Source of the DNA: an uncultured virus (IMG/VR IMGVR_UViG_3300002835_000123)
Lineage: Duplodnaviria; Heunggongvirae; Uroviricota; Caudoviricetes
Direction: 5' to 3' (one strand)
Virus record (IMG/VR): IMGVR_UViG_3300002835_000123
DNA length: 64,000 bases
In this document: positions 27,935 through 38,842 of the stretch, in pieces
Layout: the number at the start of each line of letters is the position of its first letter
Numbering within the stretch: the stretch's first letter is position 1
Made by a program: the position numbers and the translations under genes
The notes under the pieces: generated by a model
The model's database searches: none
Told to the model about the DNA's origin: nothing
The model's input: only the letters and a program-made list of their open reading frames with translations

Positions 27935-30250
27935 ATGGAAAAAAAATTACCAATTAGTAAGAATAAAAAATTCATTTATTCAATTACATATCAACATTCA
28001 GATGAAGAAAGTAGTGAATTAGGTGAATTTAAAGAAATAGGGTTTGAATTTGAAAAAAGTACAGATACCATTGGAAAAATATTGAAATTAGCAAATGAGA
28101 ATTACAATATTTATTATCCAATAAGTGTAGGTAATTGGGAATCAACAAGTCCTGTGGAGGATAGAGATTATTGGGAAAAAGGTATTCATAAATTTTATGT
28201 TTTACACATAAATAATGAAGATGGAACTTCTATTTCAGAAGAAGAAAATAATTTTATTACTTACCTGTTATCTAATGGTCAATATAATTCAGATGAATTT
28301 GAAGAATTTTATTTAGGTGGTCTTATAATTGGCGGTTTGATTGGAGGTTATATTGGGTATTATTATGGTAAAAATCCAAGAAAAAAATACGATTTTGGAG
28401 GGGAAGTGGTAGGAAATCAAGTAACATACAACTACTATGGAGAAGAACAAAAAGGTGATATTTTAGAAGTTTTAGATGATACGGCTCTTGTAGTTCAAAC
28501 AGGAACTAATAAGCGTTTAGTTGATGGCTCTGATGTTATAAAAATATATTACAATTCTTATGATGCAGGTGGTAAAATTCAAGAAGAAATAACATACTTA
28601 GAAAATAGAATTTACAATTTAGAGCAATTAAGAGATGTTGCAGGAGAAGAAGAAATAGAATATTACAATAAAATAATTAAAGATTTAGAAAAAGAAAAAT
28701 CTAAATTAATTAGCGGAGAAGTTGAAAAAGAACCTAAAAAAAAGAAGTTTTTCTTTTTCGCTGATGGAGGTAAAATAGATGAATTTGACTTTGATGAAAA
28801 AATGGCACTTATCAATCTTGATATGTGTTATGAATATTCAGTTAAGTTAGACAAAATGGTTTCAGAAGATACTAAATTAGAAGATTGGGTAAAAATGAAA
28901 CTTACCATAGTTGAACAAAATATTGCAGATGTAAAACACGCACTTGAAGGATGGGAAAAATTCGGAGAGGGAGGAATGATTTTCAAAAAGCAACTTTTAC
29001 ATATAGCTAAATATTCTAAAGAATTAATAGAAATGATTCAAAAAGGTTCACGATTGATGTCGTGGCAAGAAAATAAATTAGCTGTATCTTCCGCTATGAT
29101 AGATGCAATTTATCATCATTTGGATTATGAATTTGGTAATAGAGCAAGTAAACTAAATAAAGAAAAATACGCTCATGGCGGTGGAGTTTCAGATGAAATA
29201 AACGACTTAATTTATGAAGTAATGTATCCATTAGATGTAACATCTCAAACTTGGGGAGCATTAAAAATGGCATATTACGATGCAGAAACAATAGAAGAAA
29301 AATTAGAATATATTGAAGATGCTCGTTTTTACACAAACATTGACGACCCATTGTATTACAAATTACTTGATTTAGAAAGAAATATAGAAAGAATACAATC
29401 GGAAGAAACAGACGAAGATGAATACGCTGAAGGCGGTGGGGTTAGCACATTCAAAGAAGGAGATAAAGTTACTAACAGAAAAGGCAAAAATCGTGGAGTT
29501 GGATTTATAGTAACTATTCACGGAAATGTATCTGCATTAGTTGATTTTGTAGAAGAAGGAAAGTCAGAATGGGTATCGTTGAGTGATTTGAAAAAAGTAA
29601 ATAAATACGCCAATGGCGGTGGGGTTGGTCAAAAAACTTACGGAATAATTGAAAGGATAAATCATAAAGGATGGGAAGTTAAACACTTTATAGATAAATC
29701 ATACGATGAGGATTATTGGTATTTTGTATATGATAGCACACCTTTTGAATTTAAGACTAAAGATGAAGCAATAAAAAGTTTAGACAACCTAATAAAAAAA
29801 AGAAAATACGCTAAAGGAGGTGGGGTTGGAGAAATAAAACACTATTATAATGGTATGTCAAAAGAAGAAATACTTTCAAAAACCATTGTTTATGATAATC
29901 AAGGTGAAACATTAGATAGATACACTATTTTTACACCCGATGGAAGTGTTTTTGGAATGAGTGAAAATGCAAGTGGATTTAATCAATATATCGGTGATGA
30001 AACTGAAATAGAAAAAGGAAAACATCTTGGAAAAAAATTAACTTCTGTTCCAAAAGATATTCAATGGGCAGTTCTTGACAGAATGATAGAAGAATATGCT
30101 GATGGAGGTTTTATGGAAGAAGTTGTTACAAAACCAAAAGTTGCTCCTACACCTGTAAAAACACCTAAACCAAATACAGATAATCCTTATAAACCAAAAA
30201 CAAAAACACCACCAAAAGCTAAATATGATTTTTTATTATTAAATAAATAA
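27935..30250 (+). CDS. modular protein of about 11 small domains separated by xxGG linkers (includes SH3/KOW-like units)
   Basis: YDFGG, YDAGG, FADGG, FGEGG, YAHGGG, YAEGGG, YANGGG, YAKGGG, YADGG; FKEGDKV...SDLKKV. Confidence 0.65.
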   Translation: MEKKLPISKNKKFIYSITYQHSDEESSELGEFKEIGFEFEKSTDTIGKILKLANENYNIYYPISVGNWESTSPVEDRDYWEKGIHKFYVLHINNEDGTSISEEENNFITYLLSNGQYNSDEFEEFYLGGLIIGGLIGGYIGYYYGKNPRKKYDFGGEVVGNQVTYNYYGEEQKGDILEVLDDTALVVQTGTNKRLVDGSDVIKIYYNSYDAGGKIQEEITYLENRIYNLEQLRDVAGEEEIEYYNKIIKDLEKEKSKLISGEVEKEPKKKKFFFFADGGKIDEFDFDEKMALINLDMCYEYSVKLDKMVSEDTKLEDWVKMKLTIVEQNIADVKHALEGWEKFGEGGMIFKKQLLHIAKYSKELIEMIQKGSRLMSWQENKLAVSSAMIDAIYHHLDYEFGNRASKLNKEKYAHGGGVSDEINDLIYEVMYPLDVTSQTWGALKMAYYDAETIEEKLEYIEDARFYTNIDDPLYYKLLDLERNIERIQSEETDEDEYAEGGGVSTFKEGDKVTNRKGKNRGVGFIVTIHGNVSALVDFVEEGKSEWVSLSDLKKVNKYANGGGVGQKTYGIIERINHKGWEVKHFIDKSYDEDYWYFVYDSTPFEFKTKDEAIKSLDNLIKKRKYAKGGGVGEIKHYYNGMSKEEILSKTIVYDNQGETLDRYTIFTPDGSVFGMSENASGFNQYIGDETEIEKGKHLGKKLTSVPKDIQWAVLDRMIEEYADGGFMEEVVTKPKVAPTPVKTPKPNTDNPYKPKTKTPPKAKYDFLLLNK

Positions 30251-30253
30251 TTT

Positions 30254-31441
30254 ATGCAAGAGTTCAAAATACAATATTATCAAGGAATAAACAGGATGAA
30301 TCCTGAATTAGAGCGAAAAATAAAATTGAATCAAACTTCTCTTTCAGAAAATCCTGCATTTCCTAATATTGGTGGTGAAAGTAATTATCTTGAATTAATT
30401 TCGTACAAAAGGTTTTTAGATTGTTGTGAAAGAGTTAAAAGATATACAGGAATTGATAATATTTCAAGCCAAAATAATCTAATGATTCTTCAGAATATTC
30501 TTTTGCAATCCGTAACAGAACTATTTGAAATAGAAAAAAATTATAAAGAACAACTTGAAAAATTAGCAGTAGAGGTAGTAACTAAAGAAATGGAAATACC
30601 GAAGGGTGTTTTTGATTTTGATGTGAAATTAGTTCAAATGGGAGAGATAAGCAGTCAAGGTTTTCAAAAATCAAGTAAAGAGCCTACTCAACAAGAAATA
30701 GAAAATCAATTTACAACTGATAATATTCCTGCTCAAGAAAATTTTAAATTAGAAAAAGATAAACGCAGATTTATTAATTGCTTAGTTCAAGGTTCTTCAA
30801 AAAAAGGACATTATATGTTTGAACTAATAAGAGATAAACTAACTTCAATAAATTCAAAACTTCCTGATTTATATGGTAAAGTAATGTCAATTAATGATTT
30901 AATGTATTGGCTTTTGTCAGATGCTCAAATAAATCAAATGGCATCAAATACTTCATCAATAACAGGAAAAGAAGAAATAGAATCAGAATCAGAAACACCT
31001 AAACTAAAAATAGAAGGTTTATTTCACCCTGTTTTAGTACACGAAATTATTAAAGCAGTTATGGAAGTATTTGGAACACATGGATTACCCGATGACCCAA
31101 CATCACAAAAGATGATTTTAGAAAGTACAGATACTTTATCTAATGAAATATGGGATTTAAGATTAGGAGTTGTAATTTGGGAAAAATATTTACGCTCTTT
31201 GCCATTGGAAATTTTAGAGGAAGGAAACAGAAATATTCAACATTATTTATTTGCAAAATTTTGTCAATTAAATAAAGATGAATTTTTTAATTTATCATCA
31301 AATATTTTGTCCGAAAAAAAAGATGGACAAAAAATAATACAAGATATGATTAATGAAATTAAATCAGATTTGAAGAAACAAGAATATCAAAAAACTTTGA
31401 ATGAAGATGATGATGAATATTTTTCTTTCGATGACCTTTAA
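30254..31441 (+). CDS. hypothetical protein with HExxK motif
   Basis: 395-aa ORF; KRRFINCLVQGSSKKGHYMF, PVLVHEIIKAVME, EIWDLRLG. Confidence 0.6.
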   Translation: MQEFKIQYYQGINRMNPELERKIKLNQTSLSENPAFPNIGGESNYLELISYKRFLDCCERVKRYTGIDNISSQNNLMILQNILLQSVTELFEIEKNYKEQLEKLAVEVVTKEMEIPKGVFDFDVKLVQMGEISSQGFQKSSKEPTQQEIENQFTTDNIPAQENFKLEKDKRRFINCLVQGSSKKGHYMFELIRDKLTSINSKLPDLYGKVMSINDLMYWLLSDAQINQMASNTSSITGKEEIESESETPKLKIEGLFHPVLVHEIIKAVMEVFGTHGLPDDPTSQKMILESTDTLSNEIWDLRLGVVIWEKYLRSLPLEILEEGNRNIQHYLFAKFCQLNKDEFFNLSSNILSEKKDGQKIIQDMINEIKSDLKKQEYQKTLNEDDDEYFSFDDL

Positions 31442-31479
31442 AATGTAAAGAAAAACAATAATTTTATAAAAAAATAAAG

Positions 31480-34400
31480 ATGAAAAAAATAGTTAAAAAA
31501 GCAGTAAAAAGAAAAAAACAACAACCAAAAATTGTAAGATACTATTTTGAAGATGCTCCACAATCATATTCAAATGGAGGAAATGTAAAAAATGAGTATA
31601 ATCAGCTTGTAGGTCGTGTTGATGATGAATATTACTTTTTGAATTATATTTTTCATCATTCAGATGGTTTCAAAGGTGCAACAGGTGATGTAATTATGCC
31701 TGTATCTAAAAGTTATTATGACTATGCCATGAGTAGAGAAGGTATTATTGAAAGATATATTGATTCTATGGGAGAAGATGAATGGATAGATGTTATAGGA
31801 ATAGATAGAGAAGAATATGAAGATGAAGATAAATTAATTGAAGCTATTGAAGATGGTATTTATGATTTGTTTTTAGCAGGTCAATTACATCCATTTGAAG
31901 AAGTAGATTATTATGCAGAAAGCGAAATGAGAAAACTTCCTCAATTTCAAGATAGCGATGAATTTCCAATATTTGAAGTAGTAGGTGGAGGTAGAATTTT
32001 TAGTGATGATATTGCTTTTGATGATATTTATAATCAAGAACTTTACGATAAAATTAAAGAAGTAGAAGGGTTTAAAGAAGGTGGAGAATTAAACAAAATG
32101 GTAAAAATATATTACAACAGCCAAATTCCTTTTTACAAAAAAGATAAAAATAAATATGAGATATATGAAAACACACCATTTATAGTAGTTCCTAAATCAC
32201 AAGTAAATGAAGTTATTCATGACCATTATGTAGAAGGAGATTGGAAGAACTATTTAGTTCCTGAACTTATGAGAACTGAAGATAAAACTAAATACTCCAA
32301 TGGTGGTGGGGTTAAACAATCTAATGTTTACGAAATAAATGGAATAGAATATCTTGTTTCAGAGCCAACTATGTATAATGGCAAATACACAGGTTGGAAT
32401 TGTTACAAAGCAGTTTTTGAAATGAAAGATGGAGAAAGGCATTTGAATTATGATAAAACAAAAACTTTTGGAAATAGAGAATGGTTTAAAAATGAAGATA
32501 TTTTAAAAGGTAAAATAGTTGAAGATTATTTTGCAGATTATTTTGCTAAAGGCGGTGGGGTTGGAATGGACAATAATACATTTGCAAATGTTCTTTTAGA
32601 TTATGGTTTTTTTGAAACAAGAGGTCATTATAGTATCAGAAATTTTATAAATAAATCAAAAGGATATTTTGCATTTATTGATATGAGAAATAGAAATGTA
32701 GAAGTATTCAAAGAGGCTATTGAAGGAACAAATTATCAAGGATTTTCAGTTACATCACTTATTGAATTTTTGAATAAAAATGGTTTTGAAAGCGGACATA
32801 AATACTCCAATGGTGGTGGGATAATGGCAGATGGTCGTATTATATTACGAACATTTAATGGTGTTGGTGGTAACAAAAACAAAACTTACAAACTTATTAA
32901 AGACGATAGGGATTCCGATGGAAAGCCATACTATACTTTAATTGAAGAACCAAGTGGAAATATTATGGCACAAGGGGATAGTTTTGAAGAAGTTAATGGA
33001 TATGCCAATTTAATGAGTGGCAAATTTAGTAAAGGCGGTGGGGTAAGACAATATGCAGGTGGTGGTATAATAAAAGTTGGAGATAATGTTGTTATAACAG
33101 ATGATTCAAACGAAAATTATTACGATTACCTTGATAGGAACTTAATTGTAACTAACATAAGAAAGGATAGAGATGGGGATTATTTGTATGATTTAGAAGA
33201 TGAAGATAGTGGGGAGGAGTTACCATTTTCTTTTAATGAAAATGAAATAGAACTTTTTGCTAAAGGCGGTGGAGTTGGTAAAATACCAAAAAGCATATTA
33301 GTTAATGTAAAAAAATTGGCATTAAGAGATGGGTATGATTATGGAATTTACTTTAACAAAAAAACAAATGAATTTTCATTTTCAAGATTATCAATGTCTG
33401 ATTTTTATGATAAAAATATAGAGCAATTAGTGGCTAAAGTAATTACGTATAAAGAAAATGGGATATTAAAAGTTAAAGTTGAAAACATCTACGCAGGTGG
33501 TGGTGGAGTTGGGAAAAAGTATTATTGGATAACAATGGATAGGGATTACATTGATGAATATATTGATTATGCAAGTCATATGAATAATATGTTTGAAGGT
33601 GAAATTTATACCCAAGCACCGAATAAAGTAGCATTTGATACTGAAAATGATATGTTTGCTTTTACAAGTATGATTGAAAATCATAATATAGATAATGATT
33701 TGGAAGAAGGGGATGAAGAATATATCCATTATGAAGAATTATTTAATGGAGAGCCAAGAGAAAATATATTTGATAAAATTTCTTCAAAAAACTACGCAGG
33801 TGGTGGAGAAATTTATAGTTTAGGTAATAGTGAAAATACAGGACACTTTGGCGATTTATATGAAGATGATTTTTTAAGGTTTGAAGAAGAAGGAAAGATT
33901 ATTAACCTAAACAGCGATTTATCCGCAGACGAAAAAGGTGGTTGGCACGATTATTTTATATCAGATGATAAATATGCTAACGAGATTTCAAAAAAACTTA
34001 TCTCAAAAAGTGGTTCTACCTACGCAGAAGGTGGTTATACGGCAAATGGCAATTTGAGAAAGAGGTTTGAGGGTTACACCGATGAAGAACTACAAATATT
34101 CAATGGCGATAATGAGGAAACATTAAAAAATTGGAATAGAGAGGATGCCATTGAGGAGGCAATCCACTCCGTTCTTGAAGAAAGCGATGAATATGCCAAA
34201 GGTGGTAAATTAGGTGAAGATTTACAAAATTATTCTGATTATAATGAGTTTTATGATGTTGTTTTTGAATACATAAAAAGAGAAGAAAATTTAACTGAAG
34301 CAGAAACAAAAAATATTTGTATTGTTAATGAGTCTATAATTGAAGCAGAGTTTGATAGTGGAAGTAGTCCAAGATTTACAGGTGATGTAATTTTAGGTTA

Positions 34401-35286
34401 TCTTTCAAATGAAAGGGGATATATGGCAAAAGGTGGTGAAGCAGGTATTCCCGAATGGTCTGTAACTATAACAAGCGTAGACAACGATACTTATGATTGG
34501 ATAGGTTTTGCTAAAGATGAAGATGAAGCATTATATTTAGCAGAACAAGAAGCAGGATTTGATAGTGTGGAAACAGGAATAAATATGATTACCGATGAAA
34601 AAGGAAATAAAATTGAATACGCAGGTGGTGGTGAAGTAGAAGATTGGATGGAAGAAGCGTTAGAATCTTTGATTGAAGAAACAGGTTATGATGATTTAAA
34701 AATTACTTACGTTCATTCAAAAGAATTTTATTGCGAAGGTAGTGATGCTGAATATCGTGTTTTCGAAACAGAGGAAGATGCAGAGGAAACGGCAATAGAA
34801 AGAGTTCGTGAAGATTTGGAAGAAATACCTGAAGCATTTAATCAAGAATGGTTGAGTAATTTTTTGGAAGCAGATAATTTTTTCAGAGAAATATTAGAAG
34901 AACAAAACTATGGCTATGCTACCGATATTATGACAGAAGATGATGACCTTTATGCTAACCGATTAATTAGAGAAATGGTTGATTGGGGAATAATGACAGA
35001 AGAAGAAGCCATGAGGTCTGATGCAGAACAAATAGCATCTGATAATATTCAGGATTTTGTAAATTTGTTGACTGATGACCAATGTACTAATGGTGCATTT
35101 GAATATTATGCCAATGAATTTGGAAAAGAAGAAGCATATAATCTTGCTTTACAAAATAATCTTATAGATTTTAAAGAAGCAAGTGAAAATGCAGTTATGT
35201 TAGATGGTATCGGACACTTCTTATCGTCATTTGATGGACAAACTATATATTTATCTAAAAATGCTGTCGCTTACAGAACTAATTAA
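31480..35286 (+). CDS. acidic modular protein of about 15 units separated by 14 xxGG linkers
   Basis: YSNGG, FKEGG, YSNGGG, FAKGGG, YSNGGG, FSKGGG, YAGGG, FAKGGG, YAGGGG, YAGGG, YAEGG, YAKGG, MAKGG, YAGGG. Confidence 0.7.
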   Translation: MKKIVKKAVKRKKQQPKIVRYYFEDAPQSYSNGGNVKNEYNQLVGRVDDEYYFLNYIFHHSDGFKGATGDVIMPVSKSYYDYAMSREGIIERYIDSMGEDEWIDVIGIDREEYEDEDKLIEAIEDGIYDLFLAGQLHPFEEVDYYAESEMRKLPQFQDSDEFPIFEVVGGGRIFSDDIAFDDIYNQELYDKIKEVEGFKEGGELNKMVKIYYNSQIPFYKKDKNKYEIYENTPFIVVPKSQVNEVIHDHYVEGDWKNYLVPELMRTEDKTKYSNGGGVKQSNVYEINGIEYLVSEPTMYNGKYTGWNCYKAVFEMKDGERHLNYDKTKTFGNREWFKNEDILKGKIVEDYFADYFAKGGGVGMDNNTFANVLLDYGFFETRGHYSIRNFINKSKGYFAFIDMRNRNVEVFKEAIEGTNYQGFSVTSLIEFLNKNGFESGHKYSNGGGIMADGRIILRTFNGVGGNKNKTYKLIKDDRDSDGKPYYTLIEEPSGNIMAQGDSFEEVNGYANLMSGKFSKGGGVRQYAGGGIIKVGDNVVITDDSNENYYDYLDRNLIVTNIRKDRDGDYLYDLEDEDSGEELPFSFNENEIELFAKGGGVGKIPKSILVNVKKLALRDGYDYGIYFNKKTNEFSFSRLSMSDFYDKNIEQLVAKVITYKENGILKVKVENIYAGGGGVGKKYYWITMDRDYIDEYIDYASHMNNMFEGEIYTQAPNKVAFDTENDMFAFTSMIENHNIDNDLEEGDEEYIHYEELFNGEPRENIFDKISSKNYAGGGEIYSLGNSENTGHFGDLYEDDFLRFEEEGKIINLNSDLSADEKGGWHDYFISDDKYANEISKKLISKSGSTYAEGGYTANGNLRKRFEGYTDEELQIFNGDNEETLKNWNREDAIEEAIHSVLEESDEYAKGGKLGEDLQNYSDYNEFYDVVFEYIKREENLTEAETKNICIVNESIIEAEFDSGSSPRFTGDVILGYLSNERGYMAKGGEAGIPEWSVTITSVDNDTYDWIGFAKDEDEALYLAEQEAGFDSVETGINMITDEKGNKIEYAGGGEVEDWMEEALESLIEETGYDDLKITYVHSKEFYCEGSDAEYRVFETEEDAEETAIERVREDLEEIPEAFNQEWLSNFLEADNFFREILEEQNYGYATDIMTEDDDLYANRLIREMVDWGIMTEEEAMRSDAEQIASDNIQDFVNLLTDDQCTNGAFEYYANEFGKEEAYNLALQNNLIDFKEASENAVMLDGIGHFLSSFDGQTIYLSKNAVAYRTN

Positions 35287-35296
35287 AAATAAAAAA

Positions 35297-38200
35297 ATGG
35301 CAATTACAACTAATAATAATTATAAATCACCTAAAAAAAATATGCCTGTCATAAAAATGTCAAGAGGTGGTGAAGTATCTTCTATGGATTATTCTGAAAG
35401 GATGGAGTATATAAAAAATGAAATTTTACCAAAAGTTTCAAATACTATTAAAACCTTCAATATTTATAGTAGTGGTTTTTCTTATGATATGAACCAAGAT
35501 TATAAAAAAACGTATGAAGAAATACGCAATAAATATAAAAGTCTTTCAGATTATGATGAAAATAGTCTTGATGAAAATACAATATATCGTGTAGATGGTT
35601 GGGAAATATTAAGAAAAGAAATAGACCCTGATACAAATGATGTAATTGACACACAAGAATTAGAAATGGTTGAAAGTGGAAATACTTACAATCATAGTTA
35701 TTTAGGTTTAGTTGATGTAAATTTTCGTATTTACCAAGACGAAGAATATGGTAAATATATTTTAATAATGCACACGCACATTGGAGGTGATATTCGTGGA
35801 AATTATGATAATGCACTAATCTTAATAGGTGATGATAAAGACGAATTACTATATAAGTTTTACGAAGAATTTTTGAATGGAGTATGTTTTCTTATTTTAA
35901 ATTTTAAAGATGGTAGTTCATTGACTTTCGATAGCACCCAAGATAGTGATATTTTCTATTTTGAATATATTGATGAAGATGAATTAGAAGAAGGTTCAAC
36001 AGCACACCATGTACTACAAGATTTTGAATCATTAAGTGATTATGATGCAGATGAATTTATTGAAAATATCAATAATGAATTTCATAAATCATCGAATAAA
36101 ATGGCAAGTGGCGGTGAAATAAATGATAGACCAAAGGCTTATATTCAAATATTAGGTTATCCCGAAGGTAAATGGTTGGATTTAACTGAATTTTCTAATG
36201 GAAGTGAAGTAATTGATTATATCACTCAATGGATGAATAATTTGAATGAAAAAACAGGAGGAAATAGAGAAGAATATGAAGTTGCTGATTATGAAGGATT
36301 CGGAAATATTTTATTTTCTCAATACATGGGAGAAACTGATTTTGACGAAATTCTTGAGGCTTACAAAGAATTTGAAAATACAGATTTTCCAAATGAAGTA
36401 GTAGAACAATATTTTAAAGATTTAGGTTTTAAAGAACTTACAGATGTTATTGGTTCTATGGAATCTAATTACTATGGAAGATTTGATTCTTATTCTGATT
36501 TTGCCTATGAAATGGTGGAAAATGAATCTTATGTGGCTTCAGAAAGAGATATGTTCGTTACAGACACAGACAAAAGAATTATTGCAGGTGAAGAAGCAGA
36601 TAACTTTACTGATTACATGGATTTTGAAGAATTATTAGAAAATGCACCAAATACTAAAGAAAAATATGAAGAAGAAAAAGATGTATTAGAATATGCTTTA
36701 GATAATGCAAATGAAGATGAACATGATAAAATTATTGAAGAAATAGAAAATTTAGAAGAAAAATATCAAAGTTTAGCTTATGAAGAAGTGCATGACAATC
36801 ATTACGAATATGTGTATAACAAATTAGAGAATGATTTACAAGGCTACCTTGAAGAAATGGGAATGAATCCTAATGATGCAAGTTTTGTAAGAATTGACTA
36901 TGATGCAGTTGCAGATGAATTAATGAATGATTTCCATGTAATTGAAAATAATGGTGATTATTACTTTTTTTACGTTTATAACAATGGAGGTAAAGTAAGT
37001 TATATTAACAAGCCTTCTAAAAATAATACTCATTATGTTGTAGAACTAAGTTTAGGTAAAATAGTTTCAGGATGGGAAAATAGAGATAGTGCAGAAGAAG
37101 ATAGAAAATCGTTAGTATTAAAATATCCAAAACATAAATTTGGTATTTACAAAAAAGACAAATTAAAAGAAAAATACAACTTAGATACTGAAACATACAA
37201 TGACTATGTTGATTTATCAAAAAATATAGAAGAAAAAAAAGTTTCAATAAAAAAACAAGCAGATAAAAAAGAAGTAAATAAAGAAATTGAAGAACTAAAT
37301 GAAAAAATAAATTCTAAATTAAAAGAATTAACAGGAAGCAGTTCAAAAGATGAAGATAAAATAGAAAAACTATTTCAGGAAATAAAAGAATTAACAAAGA
37401 AAAAAGACAGGTTGGCACTTTCTCATTTTCATAGTACAGGATATATGTATGCAAGAGGAGGAAGAACGAGAAAACTAAAAAAATATTTCAAAAAAGCTAA
37501 AACAGGAGTAAATAAAGCATTAGATTATTCAAGAGAAAAATACTATCAAGCATCTGATTATGCTGAAAAGAAAGATTTGAAGGGAAAAATAAAAAGAGGT
37601 GCTACTAAAGTTTGGGATAAAACTAAACAAGGTGCATCTTGGTTTAAAAGACAATGGGAAGAAGCCGACTTTGGTGATGGTAAAGGAAAAGCAAAATTCT
37701 TCAATGATGGTGGTGTGGTTGAAAAATTAGCAGATTTGATGTCTTACACCGACTATCTTGTTGAAGGTTGGGATGACCCACGAAAAAAAGAATTAGAAAA
37801 ATCATTTTTTGGAAAAAATATAGATGTAAAATTTAAGTTGATAACAGGAGGGGATTTAGATTTAGATTTAAAGACTGAACTTGAAAAAATAAAATTACTA
37901 TCTGATATTGTTGATTTCGATAAAGTAACAGGAAGAATCAATTATGAAGAATTAAAAGATAATACTAATTTAATGTTTTATAAAAATGGTGAATTAGTGA
38001 TGTCTTTGAAAGGAGATTTTAATGAGGATAGTCAAGAATTAGATACTACAATTACTTTGGGTAATGAAAAAACAAATGTTTTTAATTATCACCCTTTTGA
38101 TGGTATGGGCGGTGTAGATTATTCAGAACTTAATTTGTTATTAGATAATGAATTAAAAGAATTAAATACATATAGTGCCGTTGTTTCAATCGAAGGGTAC

Positions 38201-38842
38201 GAAGAATATGCCGAAGATGTTGAAGGATTAGAAAATGCAAAATCTTTAATTCAAGATATTAAGGCAAGTACAAGATTTCAAGTTTTGAAAGGTTCAAGTG
38301 TAGGTATTGGTAAACGAGTAGATAATGATAAAGTTGTTGCAGAATATGAAAAAGGAGGTCGTATTGATTTATTTGAGGATTATACAAATATTCCATCAAG
38401 AGTTAATGAAGTTTTAGAGAGATATTCAGAAGATTTAGAAGATGGAAATTATGAAGGTATGACTAATGCTTTAAAAGAAATTGAAGCGTTAGGATATACT
38501 TTTAACTATTATGTTGATGGAGGTGCTTATGGTTTAAGACCTATTGGAGTTAATTTAAATGAATTAGAAGGTTACGAAGATGAAGAAGATGATGATAAAA
38601 TGGCAAGGGGTGGTCATGTAAGTAAAGGTGAATTAGTTTGGAAAAAATTAAGAGATAGTGAAAAAAGCACATTTTTATATGAAAATTTTACGCCTGAAAT
38701 AACACCAAGAGGACAAGAAATTTTGATTGGAAAAAGTTATAATTTTCTTCCGAAGAACGTAAAAATAGCATTGGAATCAAAATATGCTAATGTTGATGAA
38801 TATGCAGATGGTGGACAATCATCAAAAAAAAAAACTATCTAA
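35297..38842 (+). CDS. modular protein containing ArdA-like antirestriction domain; likely continues via frameshift to 41031
   Basis: EGKWLDL...EEYEVADYEGF...YYGRFDSYSDFAYEMVE...IDYDAVADEL..D...NGDYYFF (~36120-36975); ATG 35297 preferred over 35204, which overlaps the previous gene. Confidence 0.7.
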   Translation: MAITTNNNYKSPKKNMPVIKMSRGGEVSSMDYSERMEYIKNEILPKVSNTIKTFNIYSSGFSYDMNQDYKKTYEEIRNKYKSLSDYDENSLDENTIYRVDGWEILRKEIDPDTNDVIDTQELEMVESGNTYNHSYLGLVDVNFRIYQDEEYGKYILIMHTHIGGDIRGNYDNALILIGDDKDELLYKFYEEFLNGVCFLILNFKDGSSLTFDSTQDSDIFYFEYIDEDELEEGSTAHHVLQDFESLSDYDADEFIENINNEFHKSSNKMASGGEINDRPKAYIQILGYPEGKWLDLTEFSNGSEVIDYITQWMNNLNEKTGGNREEYEVADYEGFGNILFSQYMGETDFDEILEAYKEFENTDFPNEVVEQYFKDLGFKELTDVIGSMESNYYGRFDSYSDFAYEMVENESYVASERDMFVTDTDKRIIAGEEADNFTDYMDFEELLENAPNTKEKYEEEKDVLEYALDNANEDEHDKIIEEIENLEEKYQSLAYEEVHDNHYEYVYNKLENDLQGYLEEMGMNPNDASFVRIDYDAVADELMNDFHVIENNGDYYFFYVYNNGGKVSYINKPSKNNTHYVVELSLGKIVSGWENRDSAEEDRKSLVLKYPKHKFGIYKKDKLKEKYNLDTETYNDYVDLSKNIEEKKVSIKKQADKKEVNKEIEELNEKINSKLKELTGSSSKDEDKIEKLFQEIKELTKKKDRLALSHFHSTGYMYARGGRTRKLKKYFKKAKTGVNKALDYSREKYYQASDYAEKKDLKGKIKRGATKVWDKTKQGASWFKRQWEEADFGDGKGKAKFFNDGGVVEKLADLMSYTDYLVEGWDDPRKKELEKSFFGKNIDVKFKLITGGDLDLDLKTELEKIKLLSDIVDFDKVTGRINYEELKDNTNLMFYKNGELVMSLKGDFNEDSQELDTTITLGNEKTNVFNYHPFDGMGGVDYSELNLLLDNELKELNTYSAVVSIEGYEEYAEDVEGLENAKSLIQDIKASTRFQVLKGSSVGIGKRVDNDKVVAEYEKGGRIDLFEDYTNIPSRVNEVLERYSEDLEDGNYEGMTNALKEIEALGYTFNYYVDGGAYGLRPIGVNLNELEGYEDEEDDDKMARGGHVSKGELVWKKLRDSEKSTFLYENFTPEITPRGQEILIGKSYNFLPKNVKIALESKYANVDEYADGGQSSKKKTI

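Noticed and set aside
35204..35296. Upstream start of the 1212-aa ORF
   Set aside because: Overlaps the previous gene by 83 nt; ATG 35297 has the A-rich context used by neighbours
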